A DNA stretch of 64,000 nucleotides from Octopus vulgaris (taxonomy: Eukaryota): positions 12,586,001-12,650,000 of the forward strand of contig OX597827.1 of the NCBI GenBank assembly GCA_951406725.2. The letters run 5' to 3'. Below, one piece after another: positions 28,558-42,535 of this stretch. Numbering within the stretch: the stretch's first letter is position 1; every line of letters starts with the position of its first letter. The translations under genes and the position numbers were made by a program. The notes under the pieces were generated by a model. The model was not told the origin of the DNA. It saw nothing but the letters and a program-made list of their open reading frames with translations, and ran no database searches.

Positions 28558-28847
28558 TTTTGGAAGCACTCCGTCGGTTACGACGATGAGGGTTCCGGTT
28601 GACCCGAATCAACGGAACAGCCTGCTCGTGAAATTAACGTGTAAGTGGCTGAGCACTCCACAGACACGTGTACCCTTAACGTAGTTCTCGGGGATATTCA
28701 GCGTAACACAGAGAGTGACAAGGCCGACCCCTTGAAATACAGGTACAACAGAAACAGGATGTAAGAGTGAGAGAAAGTTGTGGAATCGAAACTGCGATCC
28801 TATGACCGCGAGTCCACTGCCCTGACCACTGGGCCATTGCGCCTCCA
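28558..28847 (-). mobile_element. SINE family C (internally deleted) with 13-bp TSD, inside a degenerate CORE-like SINE (about 28511-28970)
   Basis: CATTCATCATTAT at 28545-28557 and 28848-28860; homologous to 50237-50624. Confidence 0.88.
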
Positions 28848-29224
28848 CATTCATCATTATAAGATTGTATTTTCAGTTCCTAGAATGAGCAATGTATTGT
28901 GTTCTGGATCAAAAATTTTCATTTTACATTGTTCTAGTCCTCCCAGCTTGCAAAAATTAATAATCTTGCAATAAATTGATGTTCTATCCAGCCGAGAAAT
29001 ATGTAAGCCCCAAAATCTGAGAAACTGACTTTATAAACTTATGACTAAAAAATTACCTTTGATCCTTTTGATATACACACGCAAAAGATAATCTGGAACT
29101 CGACTGAAGAAAGAAAACTCTGAATGACCCGTCCTTGTTTTCTTTGTATCGTCTATCTGGATGTTTTGTTGTCCCTTTCTTGTATCACCTAGCTGTCTGG
29201 ATGTTTTGCGTTTTTGTCCCATTT

Positions 29225-29262
<38 letters not shown>

Positions 29263-29263
<1 letters not shown>

Positions 29264-29330
29264 TTTATTTAAAGCAGCAGAAAATTCAACAAAACCTGTT
29301 ACTCTGAATTTTCTGCTGCTTTAAATAAAG
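29263..29330. repeat. Perfect 26-bp inverted repeat with 16-nt spacer, within a ~140-bp insert in (TA)n
   Basis: CTTTATTTAAAGCAGCAGAAAATTCA (29263-29288) and its exact reverse complement (29305-29330). Confidence 0.95.
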
Positions 29331-29425
29331 CATATTACTCTACCACTGGTATTTGAGTACTCTTTTTTCCACCTTGTTTCACATTTATGTGTTTACTCCG
29401 GTATATATATATATATATATATATT

Positions 29426-29645
29426 GTTGTTTGTTCCTTCTTGAGCCATGCCTGGCTCATAAAGGCCGGTTTCCCGGTTCCATTGGCATATAGGTTCCCC
29501 ACCTGGATGGCACACTGGTCCATTGCGGGTGAGCTGTTAGATATGGGAGGAAAGAGTGAGAGAAAGTTGTGGTGAAAGAGTCAGGGGAAGTTCGCCATTA
29601 CCTTCTGCTGGAGCTGTGTGTAGTTTAGGTGTTTCACTTGTAAAT
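29426..29645 (-). mobile_element. SINE with C-type body and tail V
   Basis: AAGAGTGAGAGAAAGTTGTGGTGAAAGAGT is shared with family C; the tail is shared with family F. Confidence 0.7.
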
Positions 29646-29693
29646 ATATATATATATATGTATGTGTGTATATACATATAAACACACATATAT

Positions 29694-29746
<53 letters not shown>

Positions 29747-29747
<1 letters not shown>

Positions 29748-30136
29748 TCTCTCTTTTACTCTTTTACTTGTTTCAGTCATTTGACTGTGGCCATGCTGGA
29801 GCACCGCCTTTAGTCGAGCAATTCGACCCCAGTACTTATTCTATCGGTCTCTTTTGCCGAACCACTAAGTAATGGGGACGTAAACACACCAGCATCGGTT
29901 GTCAAGCAATGCTAGGGGGACAAACATAGACACACAAACAGACACACGCATATATATATATATACATATATACGACGGGTTTCTTTCAGTTTCCGTCTAC
30001 CAAATCCACTCACAAGGCATTGGTCGGCCTGAGGCTATAGTAGAAGACACTTGCCCAAGGTACCACACAGTGGGACTGAACCCGGAACCATGTGGTTGGT
30101 AAACAAGCTACTTACCACACAGCCACTCCTGCGCCT
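29747..30136 (-). mobile_element. SINE family A
   Basis: Near full-length homology to other A copies. Confidence 0.9.
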
Positions 30137-30804
30137 ATATATATATATATATATATACACACACGCACAATTACATTTATGTGTGTTTATACATATGTAT
30201 GTATTTATGCATACATGTGTCTGTACAGGGGGATTATATTATATATATGTTATCTAAATTTTGTCATTTGTATTTTGTTTTTATTGATGTGCTGCCCAAA
30301 ATGTTTGCTAGTGTAGTGTATAATTTTCTATATTTATGTTCATTTTGTAGCAAATAAATCTTTATTAATTTTATTGTCACCGTTGTTGTTGCTGTCATCA
30401 TTTGTTGTTGTTGATGTTGCATTATTAATAGCTTTTCCCTGGACACATGTTCTTTCCACCCCTGCTACAAGAGCAATCTGTTCATTTTATATAGCAGACA
30501 TTCAGCATTCAACATCTGTCTAAAGCCAACTCAGTGTACTCTCTTCCTTCATCTACACATTTTTGCAATTTCTACGGCATGTGCTAATCCCAAAATATTG
30601 CAATAAATATATATTTTTCTGTTAATCCCCTTGACCACAAGAGCAACTCTAAATATATTTCCCGCCCTGCCTATTTTCCTGCTTTCTTCAAAGATGTTAA
30701 TCCGGACAACAACTGTCCCAGTTTCACTAAATCTGAATGTGATTAGTAAACCTCTCCAATGGCTGCTCAACTTTGTTACATCTCTGTTGTTTTTGTTTTT
30801 TTGT

Positions 30805-31002
30805 TTTTACTTGTTTCAGTCATTTGACTGTGGCCATGCTGGAGCACCGCCTTTATTCGAGCAAATCGACCCCGGCACTTATTCTTTGAAAGCCCAGTAC
30901 TTATTCTATCGGTCTCTTTTGCCGAACCGCTAAGTGACGGGGACGTAAACACACCAGCATCGGTTGTCAAGCAATGCTAGGGGGACAAACACAGACACAC
31001 AA

Positions 31003-31043
<41 letters not shown>

Positions 31044-31207
31044 CGACAGGCTTCCTTCAGTTTCCGTCTACCAAATCCACTCACAAGGCATTGGTCGGCC
31101 CGGGGCTATAGCAGAAGCCATTTGCCCGAGTTGCCACGCAGTGGGACTGAACCCGGAACCATGTGGTTGGTTAGCAAGCTACTTACCACACAGCCACTCC
31201 TGCGCCT
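30805..31207 (-). mobile_element. SINE family A
   Basis: Full-length homology to other A copies. Confidence 0.9.
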
Positions 31208-31410
31208 CTGTGATATACTATTTTGTCTTTGAAATGGATGATAACCAAATAGATACTGCAGTCTTAAGTATATTAGATTTTTATGAAGAAAGGTTCAGAA
31301 TATACTTTTGATCATAGATGTGACATGAAATTAAACAATAGCAAACACTTGGACAAACCTGGAGAGAAGGCATAGGGCATCGATATTAATCATCTTTTTT
31401 TTTTCGATTA

Positions 31411-31463
<53 letters not shown>

Positions 31464-31485
31464 TAACAATAACAATAACAATAAC

Positions 31486-31586
<101 letters not shown>

Positions 31587-31598
31587 TAACAATAACAA

Positions 31599-31649
<51 letters not shown>

Positions 31650-32910
31650 GAGCAATACTCAAGACAGAGCTGAATGCAAGAAACAGGATCGAAGCAATCA
31701 ATGCATTAGCTATACCAGTCGTGACTTACAGTTTCAATATTGTTAACTGGTCAATTACTGAAATATGTCAGCTCGACAGAAAAATAAGGAAACTGTTGAC
31801 AATGCATAGAATGCACCACCCTAAGGCAGATACAGAACGACTCTATCTGCCAAGAAAAGAGGAGGCCGTGGTCTTTTGCAACTGGCAATAACAATGAAGA
31901 TTGCTACAATTGGCCTAGACACCTACCTGAAAAACTCTGAGGACTGGATGCTAAAACTTGTCTCAAAACATGAAAACAAGAAAGCATCATACTCAGTCAC
32001 AAAACAGGCAAAGGAATATCTAAGTGAATTCCGAATACAACCAATTTCGGAATTAGAGATAGATATACAAGAAACAAGCACAGAAAAAGCTAGGCGCATG
32101 AAAACCCGTGCCAAAACTGCGGCCTTAGATATTCTGAATAATAAATGGCAAGAAAAACCTCTCTATGGCAAATACCCAAAGAGAGCGAATAATGCAGATA
32201 TCGACAAAGCCCTGACCCATCAATGGCTAATGGCCTCTGGCTTAAAATCTGAAACAGAGGGGTTTATCATAGCAGCTCAAGATCAATGCCTACCAACAAG
32301 AAACTACCAGGCCAACATATTAAAGATCAGAAGCAGTCCAACGTGTCGTGTATGCAAGCAACAAAATGAAACCATTGACCATGTGGTCTCCAAGTGCAGT
32401 CTTCTAGCGCCTACAGAGTATCTCAACAGGCACGATAGAGCTGCACAATATATTCACTGGGTAATCTGTAAAAACCTGGATTTGCCCCATGAAAAAAACT
32501 GGTGGGAACACAAACCACCCCCAGTGCTTGAAAATGACCACATCTCACTCCTCTGGAACTTCACCATTCAAACTGACAGGAAGATAGATGCAAATAGGCC
32601 AGACATCATATTGAAAAACTTCAAACAAAGAACATGCCTCCTCATTGATATGACTGTCCCAATCGATATAAACGTATCTGTCAAGACCTACCAAAAACTG
32701 AGCAAATATAAAGATCTTGAAATAGAAATCAGCAAAATGTGGAAGCTGAAGACCTAAACAATACCTGTTGTCATAGGTGCCCTGGGAATGATAGCAAAAG
32801 GGGCTGATAGCTACCTAACTCAGATACCAGGAAACCCAAAAATGGCAGAAGTTCAAAAGATAGTGCTCATGGGAACTGCTCATATCCTACGCAAAATACT
32901 CTCTATGTAA
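31650..32910 (+). pseudogene. Disrupted C-terminal part of an RT-RLE polyprotein (RT thumb, CCHC knuckle, restriction-like endonuclease)
   Basis: RLYLPRKE/GGRGLLQL (frameshift near 31860), AAQDQ, CRVCKQQNETIDHVVSKC, RHD, NRPDII, LLIDMTVP, KLSKYKDL; premature TAA at 32755, natural stop at 32908-32910. Confidence 0.93.
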
Positions 32911-33140
32911 TCTCAAGGTTTAAAACAAACATAATTTTCGGTTTAAAAATAAAAAAAAAAAAAAAAAAAAAACCTTTTTTTTTTCTTTTTAGACATTCAT
33001 TAGTACAACATCCCCACCCCCCAAATATATGGCACACTAGGCATAACAACAACATGAACTTCCAACCCTGTTGTCTCTTGAGGTCTCTGGGTGAGACTTG
33101 GAGCCAACTTGTACAAATATAAAGCAAAAGTCAAATATAG
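31650..33140 (+). mobile_element. 5'-truncated R4/Dong-like non-LTR retrotransposon (lineage R-a) in (TAA)n
   Basis: About 1.5 kb between two (TAA)n tracts; coding remnant plus a 230-bp 3' UTR that is shared with 2508-3135. Confidence 0.93.
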
Positions 33141-33141
33141 A

Positions 33142-33208
<67 letters not shown>

Positions 33209-33218
33209 TAATAATAAT

Positions 33219-33286
<68 letters not shown>

Positions 33287-33287
<1 letters not shown>

Positions 33288-33820
33288 GTGGCTCTCATGG
33301 CTTCTGATCTTAACTGATTAGAAGTGTTATCATGTACATTGTTTTGTCTTGGTATAAAAGATGGGCTACAGCAAATATTCTGCTCAATACCACAGATTTG
33401 CTTGTCAGTTGTTTGACCTTAACCAGTTGAGCATGTCCCTTAGTGGCTGATGATATGTGCATCTCTGATCACGAGCAGAAGTAGTGGGGGAGCATCATAG
33501 CCATGTGTTGAGAGGGATTCTTTGGGGTTTGAATAGTTCACCTCTGGAAACATGGGTGGTTCTTTCAACATCCTTAAACAACCCTTATTCAGGGACCGTT
33601 TGAGCAGGATGGGCTACTCAACCGGAAGAAATTTCTAACTGGGCCCCACCTGCAAGGTCATGTGCTGTTTATCTTGATATGAGATCACCATGTCGCGCAC
33701 ATATGGTTGTGATGCATGTGCCTGGTGTACCCTTATCAGACGACTAGTCATGATGGGTATACTGGGCTTCGTATATTTTACCCCAATGTCACTTTGATGG
33801 CATGTTCTGCTCTCTCACTC
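33287..33820 (+). mobile_element. ~530-bp non-coding (TAA)n-inserted element, copy 2
   Basis: Near-identical to 7499-8019. Confidence 0.85.
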
Positions 33821-33855
33821 AATAATAATAATAATAATAATAATAACAATAATAA

Positions 33856-33913
<58 letters not shown>

Positions 33914-34370
33914 CGCAACAATTGATCGACTTGAGCATCCCCTGTGATCATAATATCTCGGCGAAAGAGTTTGACAAGCTCAGGAAATATAAAGACCTGC
34001 TCATTGAAATTGAGAAAATGTGGCATCTCAAGGCGGTTACAATACTAGTGATCGAAGGAGCACTAGGAATGATCAAGAAGGGAACCGAAAATTATATGAG
34101 AATGATCCCTGGCTTACCATCCCTGCAAGAAGTGCAAAAGATTGCCTTAACTGGTACATCACACGTATTGAGAAGAGCATTGTCAATGTGAGAACTATTA
34201 CTACCCATGTATTTTAATTTAACTTTATTTCTATCAAAAAAAAAAAAATGAACGAACTAGTGAGTTTAGTTTAATGGCCTACCAATGTATACAATGAATC
34301 TCTTTGCCCTAGGAGTCGGGAAGACACTCGGCAAGAAATGGAAGCAAATTTGAAAGAAGAAAAACCCATA
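33914..34370 (+). mobile_element. 3' fragment of R4/Dong-like lineage R-b
   Basis: LIDLSIPCDHNISAKEFDKLRKYKDLLIEIEKMW...GTSHVLRRALSM-stop plus UTR; (TAA)n flanks. Confidence 0.92.
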
Positions 34371-34425
<55 letters not shown>

Positions 34426-34507
34426 TGAAGAAGAAGAAGAAGAAGAAGAAGAAGAAGAAGAAGAAGAAGAAGAAGAAGAAGAAGAAGAAGAAGAAGAAGA
34501 AGAAGAA

Positions 34508-34960
34508 GAATTTTGGCACAAGGTCAGCAATTTCAGTGGAGGGGGTAAATTGATTATATCGATTCCGATGCTCAGCTGGTGCTTATAAAAGGCAAAGTGA
34601 ACTTCTGCAGAATTTGATCTCAGAACATAATAATATAAATATTAATCTTTTCTACTAAATGTACAAGGCCTCAAATTTGGAGGAGAGGATAGTTGATTAT
34701 ATCGACCCCAGTACTTAACTGGTATTTATTTTATTGACCTTGAAAGGATGAAAAGCAAAGTCAACCTCAACCGAATATGAAATGAGATCATAATGACGGA
34801 CAAAATGCCACTAAGCATTTTGCCCAGCATGCTAACGATTCTGCCAGAAAATGTTGGCCCAAGATCAGCAATTTCAGAGAAAGGGGCCAGTCGATTATAT
34901 CAATCTCAGTATTCATTGTATTGACCCCCGAAGGAAGAAAGGCAAAGTCAACGTCAGTCA
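34508..34960 (-). mobile_element. Three partial SINE B copies
   Basis: Homology to family B. Confidence 0.7.
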
Positions 34961-35576
34961 AGAACTGAGAGGTAATTCAATTATCCACCTCTCCTCTAAA
35001 ATACTTGGCCCTGTGCCAATATAAAATCCTTATTACATGACTAACAGCATGGCTGCATGTCTAAAATGGTGCTTCATAGTTATTTAGTTTGAGGTTGTTT
35101 GATCCCATTATGCTACACCTTGGGCAAGTATCTTCTGCGTACCCTCAAGTCACAGGGAGGTAGCTTGAGAATATAAGTGAAGTGATACAGAGGGTTGAAT
35201 ATGGTGAGTGAGCAGGTATGTTTGTGAAAGAGTGAGAAAGGAGAGTGGGAAATAAAGGGAGTGTAATGCAGGTTATCCAGAATGCTTTGTGAGGGAAATC
35301 AGGGTGAAATATATTTGCATATAATGAGCTAATGAAGTCATACAATAAGGATTCGTGTGACAAATTATTTATTTACAATCCATAAAATATTATGTGGCAG
35401 ATATTTATTTGCAACAAAAATGAACATAAATATAGGAAATTATGAACTGCACTAGCAAATAGACAAACATTTTGGGCAGCAGCACATCGATAAAACAAAC
35501 TTCAAAAGACAAAGTTAGATAGCGTATGCATAATATAATCCTCCGTACATACATTGATTATAAGCATCATTACCAA

Positions 35577-35900
35577 AGGTGCATGGCCCAGTGGTTAGAG
35601 CATCAGGTTCACAATCATAAGGATGTCAGTTCGATTCCCAGACCAGGTTGTGTGTTGTGTTCTTGAGCAAGACACTTCATTTCACATTGCTCCAGTTCAC
35701 TCAGCTGTAGAAATGAGTTGTGATGTCACTGGTGCAAAGCTGTATCAGCCTTTGCCTTTCCCTTGGATAACATCAGATGCATGGAGAAGGGAGGTTGGCA
35801 TGCATGGGTGACTGGTGGTCTTCCATAAGCAATCTTGCTCAGACTTGTGCGTAACTTTCTAGGTGCAATCCCATGGTCATTCTTGACTTAAAGGGGTCCT
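35577..35900 (+). mobile_element. SINE family D (tRNA head, CORE-like body, tail U)
   Basis: A-box TGGCCCAGTGG, B-box GTTCGATTCC, body TTCTTGAGCAAGACACTT; homologous to 42040-42376. Confidence 0.88.
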
Positions 35901-36616
35901 CTTCTCTTCCTCTCATCATTATATATATATATATATATATATATACATACATACCTACATACATACATATAAACACAGAGCACTGAGACGAGTAATCACA
36001 GGAGTGTGAGTTCAAATCTCATAGCTGGCCACCAACACTTTTTTCTGCAAAATAGTGGTAGTTTATACTGTTCAGGCTATATTATTAGTATTATCCTTGC
36101 ATTTGAGAATTTGAAAAAATCTCTTCTTTAACACAAATATGAATATATATTATATATATCAGATATTTTGGCATCAAATGACCTACTCTTAGCTTGAAAA
36201 ATTTATATGGGACTCCATATGTTCTTAGGACTACCCACTGTCATTAAAATCGTTGTTTGGTCACCATACTTCTTCATTTAGTATGTTTTTAGGCAATAAC
36301 ATCTCTAAATAGGTTTACTTGCAAATATGTCATTGGTAGCAGAGAACTTTCTTTTCTTGTGAAGAATAAGAACATCATTAAAATCTCAAACTATTTTGAA
36401 GTAATGGTTGTGATAGTTATTTTGTTTTTCTCCTGCTTTTCTTTACCTCTGATGGTTTCTTATCAGTCTGGATAAAAGTAGGTGAAATTTGTAGTTAAAA
36501 TGAAATAATTTCTGGAGATATTTCAGAAGTACTGTTTGCATAATTTAAAGGAGTTAAGAAAGATAATTCATATATTTACGTTGCTTTATAAATTGGTTAT
36601 GTAGATAGCATTTTGG

Positions 36617-36825
36617 CAGTGAGCTGGCAGAATAGTTAACACATTGGGCAAAATGCTTAGTGGCTGTCTTTATGCATTGAGTTCAAATTCTGCCATGGTT
36701 AATTTTGCTCTTTCATCCTTTCAGAGTCGATGAAATGAGTACCAGTTGAAAACTGGGGTTAATGTAACTGACTTACATGCTCCCCCACTCCAATTTGCTG
36801 GCCTTGTGCCAAAATTTGAAACTTA
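36617..36825 (+). mobile_element. SINE family B
   Basis: Homology to family B. Confidence 0.75.
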
Positions 36826-38104
36826 TATTTTGGCACATAGTCTCCGTTTGTAAGACAGTAGGATGTGGTTTGAGGGAAATTTAGCTGTTATGTTTAGCAA
36901 ATTAAGTAATCATATTAAGGCACCCTTGTTTAATCATAATTGAGGTTTGTTTATAGTTGTCATTGAAGCTCATGTCAGTCCTGATCAGGCAGACCTATTA
37001 TTAAAAGCAATCCAAAAGTGACCATCATGTCATTTTAGAAGTATGCAAGAGTAATCTTCTGTCACTGCACATGATAGTAGAGTGTGAAAATTAAGGGCAA
37101 TGTGCCTATTATTTCCAGAAGATCTTGTGACAATTATAGACGTATGACTTACATCACTATCAGAGCTTGTCACAAGTTAGATTATTTCAAACTAATTATA
37201 AATGGTGTCACTTATTAAGTAGATTTATCAGAATTAACGATGAATGGGAATTTTCTCAAAGTAGTGAGTTGACAGAATTGTTGGAACATTGGACAGGATG
37301 CTTTGCAGTATTTGCCCCAATTTTCTGCACTGCTTATTCAAATACTGCTTAGAGTCAGCTTTGCCGTTCATCATTTTGGCGTCAATAGACAAAGTAACAG
37401 TCCAGTGTTGGGATTAGCTCTTCTCCCTTTTTCTCATGTTTTGTTTCTGCCTGCCGGCCAGCCTTTCTTTGTGTCAGTCTGACTCTCTGCCTGTCTGTGT
37501 GTCTCTCCGTCTCTCCGTCTCTCCTCTCTCTCTCTTTCTTTCTCCCCATTTTACTTCTGTTCAAGAAACTGGATGTGTTAAAATTTTGAACCAGCACCCC
37601 TATGACTCCATGAGAAGTTAAGGCTCACAACGCAAGCCTAAAGAAAAAGAAAAGCCTTCCTAAAATCACTTTTTTTTTTTCACTTTATTTCTTCTTAGAG
37701 ATCACCAATACACATTTCTCAAACATTTCTCCTACATTTCTCCTGTAACCAGTATTTTTCTCTGGTTCGTAGGTAAAAGCATTCCATGTAATATTTTGCT
37801 TTGGTCTCCTTGGTAGAAGAACATGCTCTACATTTTCCCTTCATAGTTGATTAAGTGTTGCTAGCCAATGCATCCAACCGTTAAAGAAAAAAAATGGAGC
37901 CAGAATCTAAGGAGAAGAAAAAAAATGCAAATAACCAGAACTAGTATAGTGTGTGCGTGTGTGCGTGTGTGTGTGTAAATGTGAGTGTGTGCATGTGGGT
38001 ACGCATATTTTTTATATGCATGTGTTTACATATACACACATATATATATATGTATATACGTAGGAATCTATGTATCTATGTATGTGTGCATATATATATA
38101 TATA

Positions 38105-38509
38105 TTTTTTTACTTGTTTCAGTCATTTTGACTGCGGCCATGCTGGAGCACCACCTTTAGTCGAGCAAATCGACCCTGGGACTTATTCTTTGTAAGCCCA
38201 GTACTTATTCTATCGGTTTCTTTTGCCGAACCGCTAAGTTACGGGGACGTAAACACACCAGCATCAGTTGTCAAGCAATGCTACGGGACAAACACAGACA
38301 CACAAACACACACACACACACACATATACTTATATATACATATATACGACAGGCTTCTTTCAGTTTCCGTCTACCAAATCCACTCACAAGGCATTGGTCG
38401 GGCCGGGGCTATAGCAGAAGACACTTGCCCAAGATGTCACGCAGTGGGATTGAAGCCGCAACCATGTGGTTGGTTAGCAAGCTACTTACCACACAGCCAC
38501 TCCTGCGCT
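38105..38509 (-). mobile_element. SINE family A
   Basis: Full-length homology to other A copies. Confidence 0.9.
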
Positions 38510-38541
38510 TATTCAGCCACTCCTTATATATATATATATAC

Positions 38542-38597
<56 letters not shown>

Positions 38598-40318
38598 CAT
38601 GTATGTATGTATATATGTATATATGTATATATTTATGTGTGTGTGTTCTTGTGTTCTTGTGGTATATCCTTTTTATCTTGTTTCCAATATTTTGTTATTG
38701 TTATAATTTTTAAAATATTCAAATTAAGTTCCCATTGTAAATCTATCAAGTCCTAAATTAAAATTTCATTTAAGATATTAAAAAAAAAACAAAAAAAACT
38801 AACAAAAGCAGAAAAAAAGAGAAGAAAGAATTATATATTCATTTAAAGAACAAAATCATTCTTATTCTATCAATAAAATTCTATAAGCAATAATAACAAA
38901 CAAGAAAGTATTCTTGCCAATATCTAATTCTTGGTTTTGTTCTAACTTCACTATAGCATAAAAACAATAAAATAAAATAAAATGAAATAAAACAAAACAA
39001 ATAAAAAGCTTTCTTATTATGCTTACTGTACAAGTTATCAGGCTTTGCAAATAGCTGCCATTTTCTACCTCGCTCAACCATTAATGCTAAGAAAACACAG
39101 AGTAATGAAAGTTTTCTCAATGTTTCAGGGATGTGATTGGAATAATCTTAGACAATCTGAAAAAAGACAAAGAATTTTCTTGCTATTTATCACCTTGCAT
39201 TGAAATCAATACAAAAATAATGAAACCCTTCTTTGTATAAAACTGTATTTAATTATGAAAGTATTCATAAAACTAGAGAATGGAATGTTGATAAAGAAAC
39301 AAAAGATGGCTTCTCTCTCTTTTGTTATCACTCTTACTCTCACTCGCTTTCATTCTATCATTCTTTCACGCTATCATTCCAAACCTATCACCCTCCACCA
39401 GTTCTTACTATCTCCGCAAATAATGTACTAGCGTAGCCTTTATGCTGTAGCTTAAACAATATCTTTCAATTTTCTTTGTCAGATTTTCTCTAATACAGTC
39501 GCTTAGTATCCATTATTTCCAGAACCTTTCAGTTGGGATGACAGCCACAGCGAATTCTTAATGCTGTCTTCGTGTTCTCTAGCATTGACGGAGTGCAGGG
39601 CATCTAATATAAGTCAACATTGTTGTTGCTTGTAAAGTTTAGCTTCTAATAAGAATTTTTACTCAGTACAAGAAAAGACACCCACAAACATCAGAAAATA
39701 CACACACACACACACACACACACAAATTCAAAACCAGGATAACTGAATAACTCTACCTTAATGGTTGGTGCTGCTAAGCTAGTTGTGAAAATATGAAATG
39801 TTTTTAATGAGTTTAAATCTTGAAATTTAGGAAATTCTTATATTGACCAAATTTTTGTATAATACAAAAAAAAGGACGTACTCCAAATACACACACACAC
39901 AAACTCAGACACACACATTAGTGCATACATTCATATGCATACACATTTATGTCTATTGTTTGCCTTTGTGAGTCTCTTACTGTCTCTCTTTTTTTCTCTG
40001 TCTGCTCATATATACATACATGGGTACACACACATGCACACACACACACACACAGACTTACACATACATACACAAAATATGCATATATGTGCTACTTATC
40101 AGTATATGAGTGCATGTGTGTGTGTATGTGAGACTGTCTGTGTGTATACTTATATGATATATGTTTATAGTATGTATTCATATATATATATATATACATG
40201 CACTTATACACACACTCACACATATACATACATGTACACATATGCATATATGTGTACAGTTATATATATATATATATTTATATACATACATCTATAGATA
40301 TATATATATGTATTCATG

Positions 40319-40414
<96 letters not shown>

Positions 40415-40436
40415 GTATGTATATATACACACACAC

Positions 40437-40469
<33 letters not shown>

Positions 40470-40865
40470 TACATATGCACATACATAAAAGATGAAGGAA
40501 AAACATAAATTGTGACAGCAGACTTTAGCAAGCATTACCTTGGTTAAGAATTTATCATGCTGTTTATGGCATTTTGTTTTCTCTGTTGAGTCCATTAGCA
40601 TTACCACTAATACTTATCTCAGCAGTAATTCCAACACTTCATCCTAAATGCATTGATTCATATGGCAACTTCTTACCTACTTCAGTGTGCTGACTGTCAG
40701 CTAGTAGAATACATTTATCAAAATTATCAGAATGTAAATAAGAGAATAATCTCAATGATGATGCTGAGCATCGTCGTCGTTGTTCTCATGATGATGATCA
40801 TCGTCATCATGAAGGTGATGATGATGATGATGAAAACATTAATAACGATGATGATAATAATAATG

Positions 40866-40908
<43 letters not shown>

Positions 40909-41511
40909 TAATAATAATAATGACAACATTGAAAAATGATAACAATGATGATGATAATGGTGGTGGTTGTGGTGGTGGCCATGGTGGTGGCCATGGTGGG
41001 GGTGGAGGTGGGAGTGGTGGCTGCAGTGGATGTGGTTGTGGTGGTCGTCGTCGTTGTCATGGTGGTGGTCTTGACAGCAATGATGACTACAATAATGATG
41101 ATGATGATGATGATGATGATTCTGATGATCTTCCCAATGATCACGACATCAATAATGATGATGATGATGATGATGATGATGGCCAAGATGATAATCATCA
41201 TCATCAGCATTGTAATTATAATGCCTGATGACAAACGTCTAAAACTTTGGTACAAGGCTACAAAATTGCAAACAAGAAAGATTATTCTCTCGAATCAATT
41301 CTAGTACTGGTACATGCATGCTTGATTATTAGAATTATAATATTAGAATTATTTCATAAAATGTCCAAATGAAAAATGATGGGATCTGCAAGCTGTGTCA
41401 CAGGCAACCTGTTTAGGAGTATAGCATCTCCTAAAAAAGAACTCATACAAGGAACAAGAAACTGTTTAGTCCTGTTTCAGATAATCTGTTTGATCCTGGA
41501 GGTTTAATTAA

Positions 41512-41730
41512 CCCTTTCATTACCAACCCGGCTGAAACCGGCTCTGGCTCTGAGTACAAATGTCTTGTTTTTAGTTAAAAGTTTTGAGTTAAAATCTTCC
41601 ACCAAACTTTAGTCACAATTTATGTTCCTAACACTAGCTGAATGATAACTAAGTTATTTTACTAAATTCTTTGTTATTAAAGTAATTGAAAGAAACACAG
41701 CATCTCAAAATAAATACAGTAACGAAAGGG
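41512..41730. mobile_element. piggyBac-type MITE, 219 bp
   Basis: TTAA at 41508-41511 and 41731-41734; TIRs CCCTTTCATTAC and GTAACGAAAGGG (11/12). Confidence 0.85.
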
Positions 41731-42039
41731 TTAATATACCCAGTTAGTTACCCAGAGGTAAATAAGGATAAAAAATGCATCCTGTTATTAAAAAAATATA
41801 CAAAAAAAATGAAGAATGAAGCAAAGAAAATATAGCCGTTGTATATCACTTCAAAGGTATTCCATCTGAAGAGATAACTCCAAAGAAGAATTAACACAGG
41901 GTAAAGATGAGTGTTTCTACCATAGATTCCTACTCTAATGCCAGTGGTGCAATAAAATACACCCAGTTTTGACTGCAAAAGAGCAAGACTTTAAGACTTG
42001 TCAAAACCAAATATGTATGTATGTATGTATGTATGTATA

Positions 42040-42376
42040 GTGAAGGCACATGGCTCAGTGGTTAGAGCGTTGAGCTTACGATCGTGAGGTTGTGAGCTCG
42101 AATCACGGACTGGGCTGTGTGTTGTGTTCTTGAGCAAGTCACTTTATTTCACATTGCTCCAGTTCACTCAGCTGTAGAGATGAGTTGTGACATCACAGGT
42201 GCCAAGCTGTATTGGCCCCTTTGCCTTTCCCTTGGATAACACTGGTGGTGTGGAGAGGGGAGGCCGGTGTGCATGGGCGACTGCTGGTCTTCCATAAACA
42301 ATCTTGCCCAGACATGTGCCTGGGAGGGTAACTTTCTAGGTGCAATCCCATGGTCAGTCATGACCGAAGGAGTTCA
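42040..42376 (+). mobile_element. SINE family D
   Basis: Homologous to 35577-35900. Confidence 0.9.
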
Positions 42377-42499
42377 CAGATGTATGTATGTATATATGTA
42401 TGTGTGTATGTAGTGAGAATTTACAAAAAACAAAAGACAAAGATGGGTGTGTAAACAACAAACAGATGTATTAGTTTAATGCTCAGGAAGTGAGAAAGT

Positions 42500-42535
42500 C
42501 TTTTACATTTCGAGCCTACGCTCTTTGTCAGAAAG
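42500..42535 (-). ncRNA. Degenerate minimal type I hammerhead ribozyme motif in a Penelope-like fragment (about 42410-42565)
   Basis: Minus strand CTTT-CTGACAA-A-GAGC-GTAG-GCTC-GAAA-TGTA-AAAG; both core deviations are at CpG sites. Confidence 0.55.

Noticed and set aside
29100-29135. CTGAAGA...CTCTGAA as a hammerhead
   Set aside because: The second core half and the stems are not convincingly present; at best a decayed relic.
31876-32757. 293-aa ORF as a host gene or an active retrotransposon protein
   Set aside because: It is an internal piece of a 5'-truncated element, bounded by a frameshift and a nonsense codon, with no RT catalytic core.
40677-40700. Another 24-nt minus-strand microexon (TAG...GTAAGA)
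   Set aside because: The polypyrimidine tract is weak, two frames contain stops, and the remaining phase is incompatible with the other candidates.
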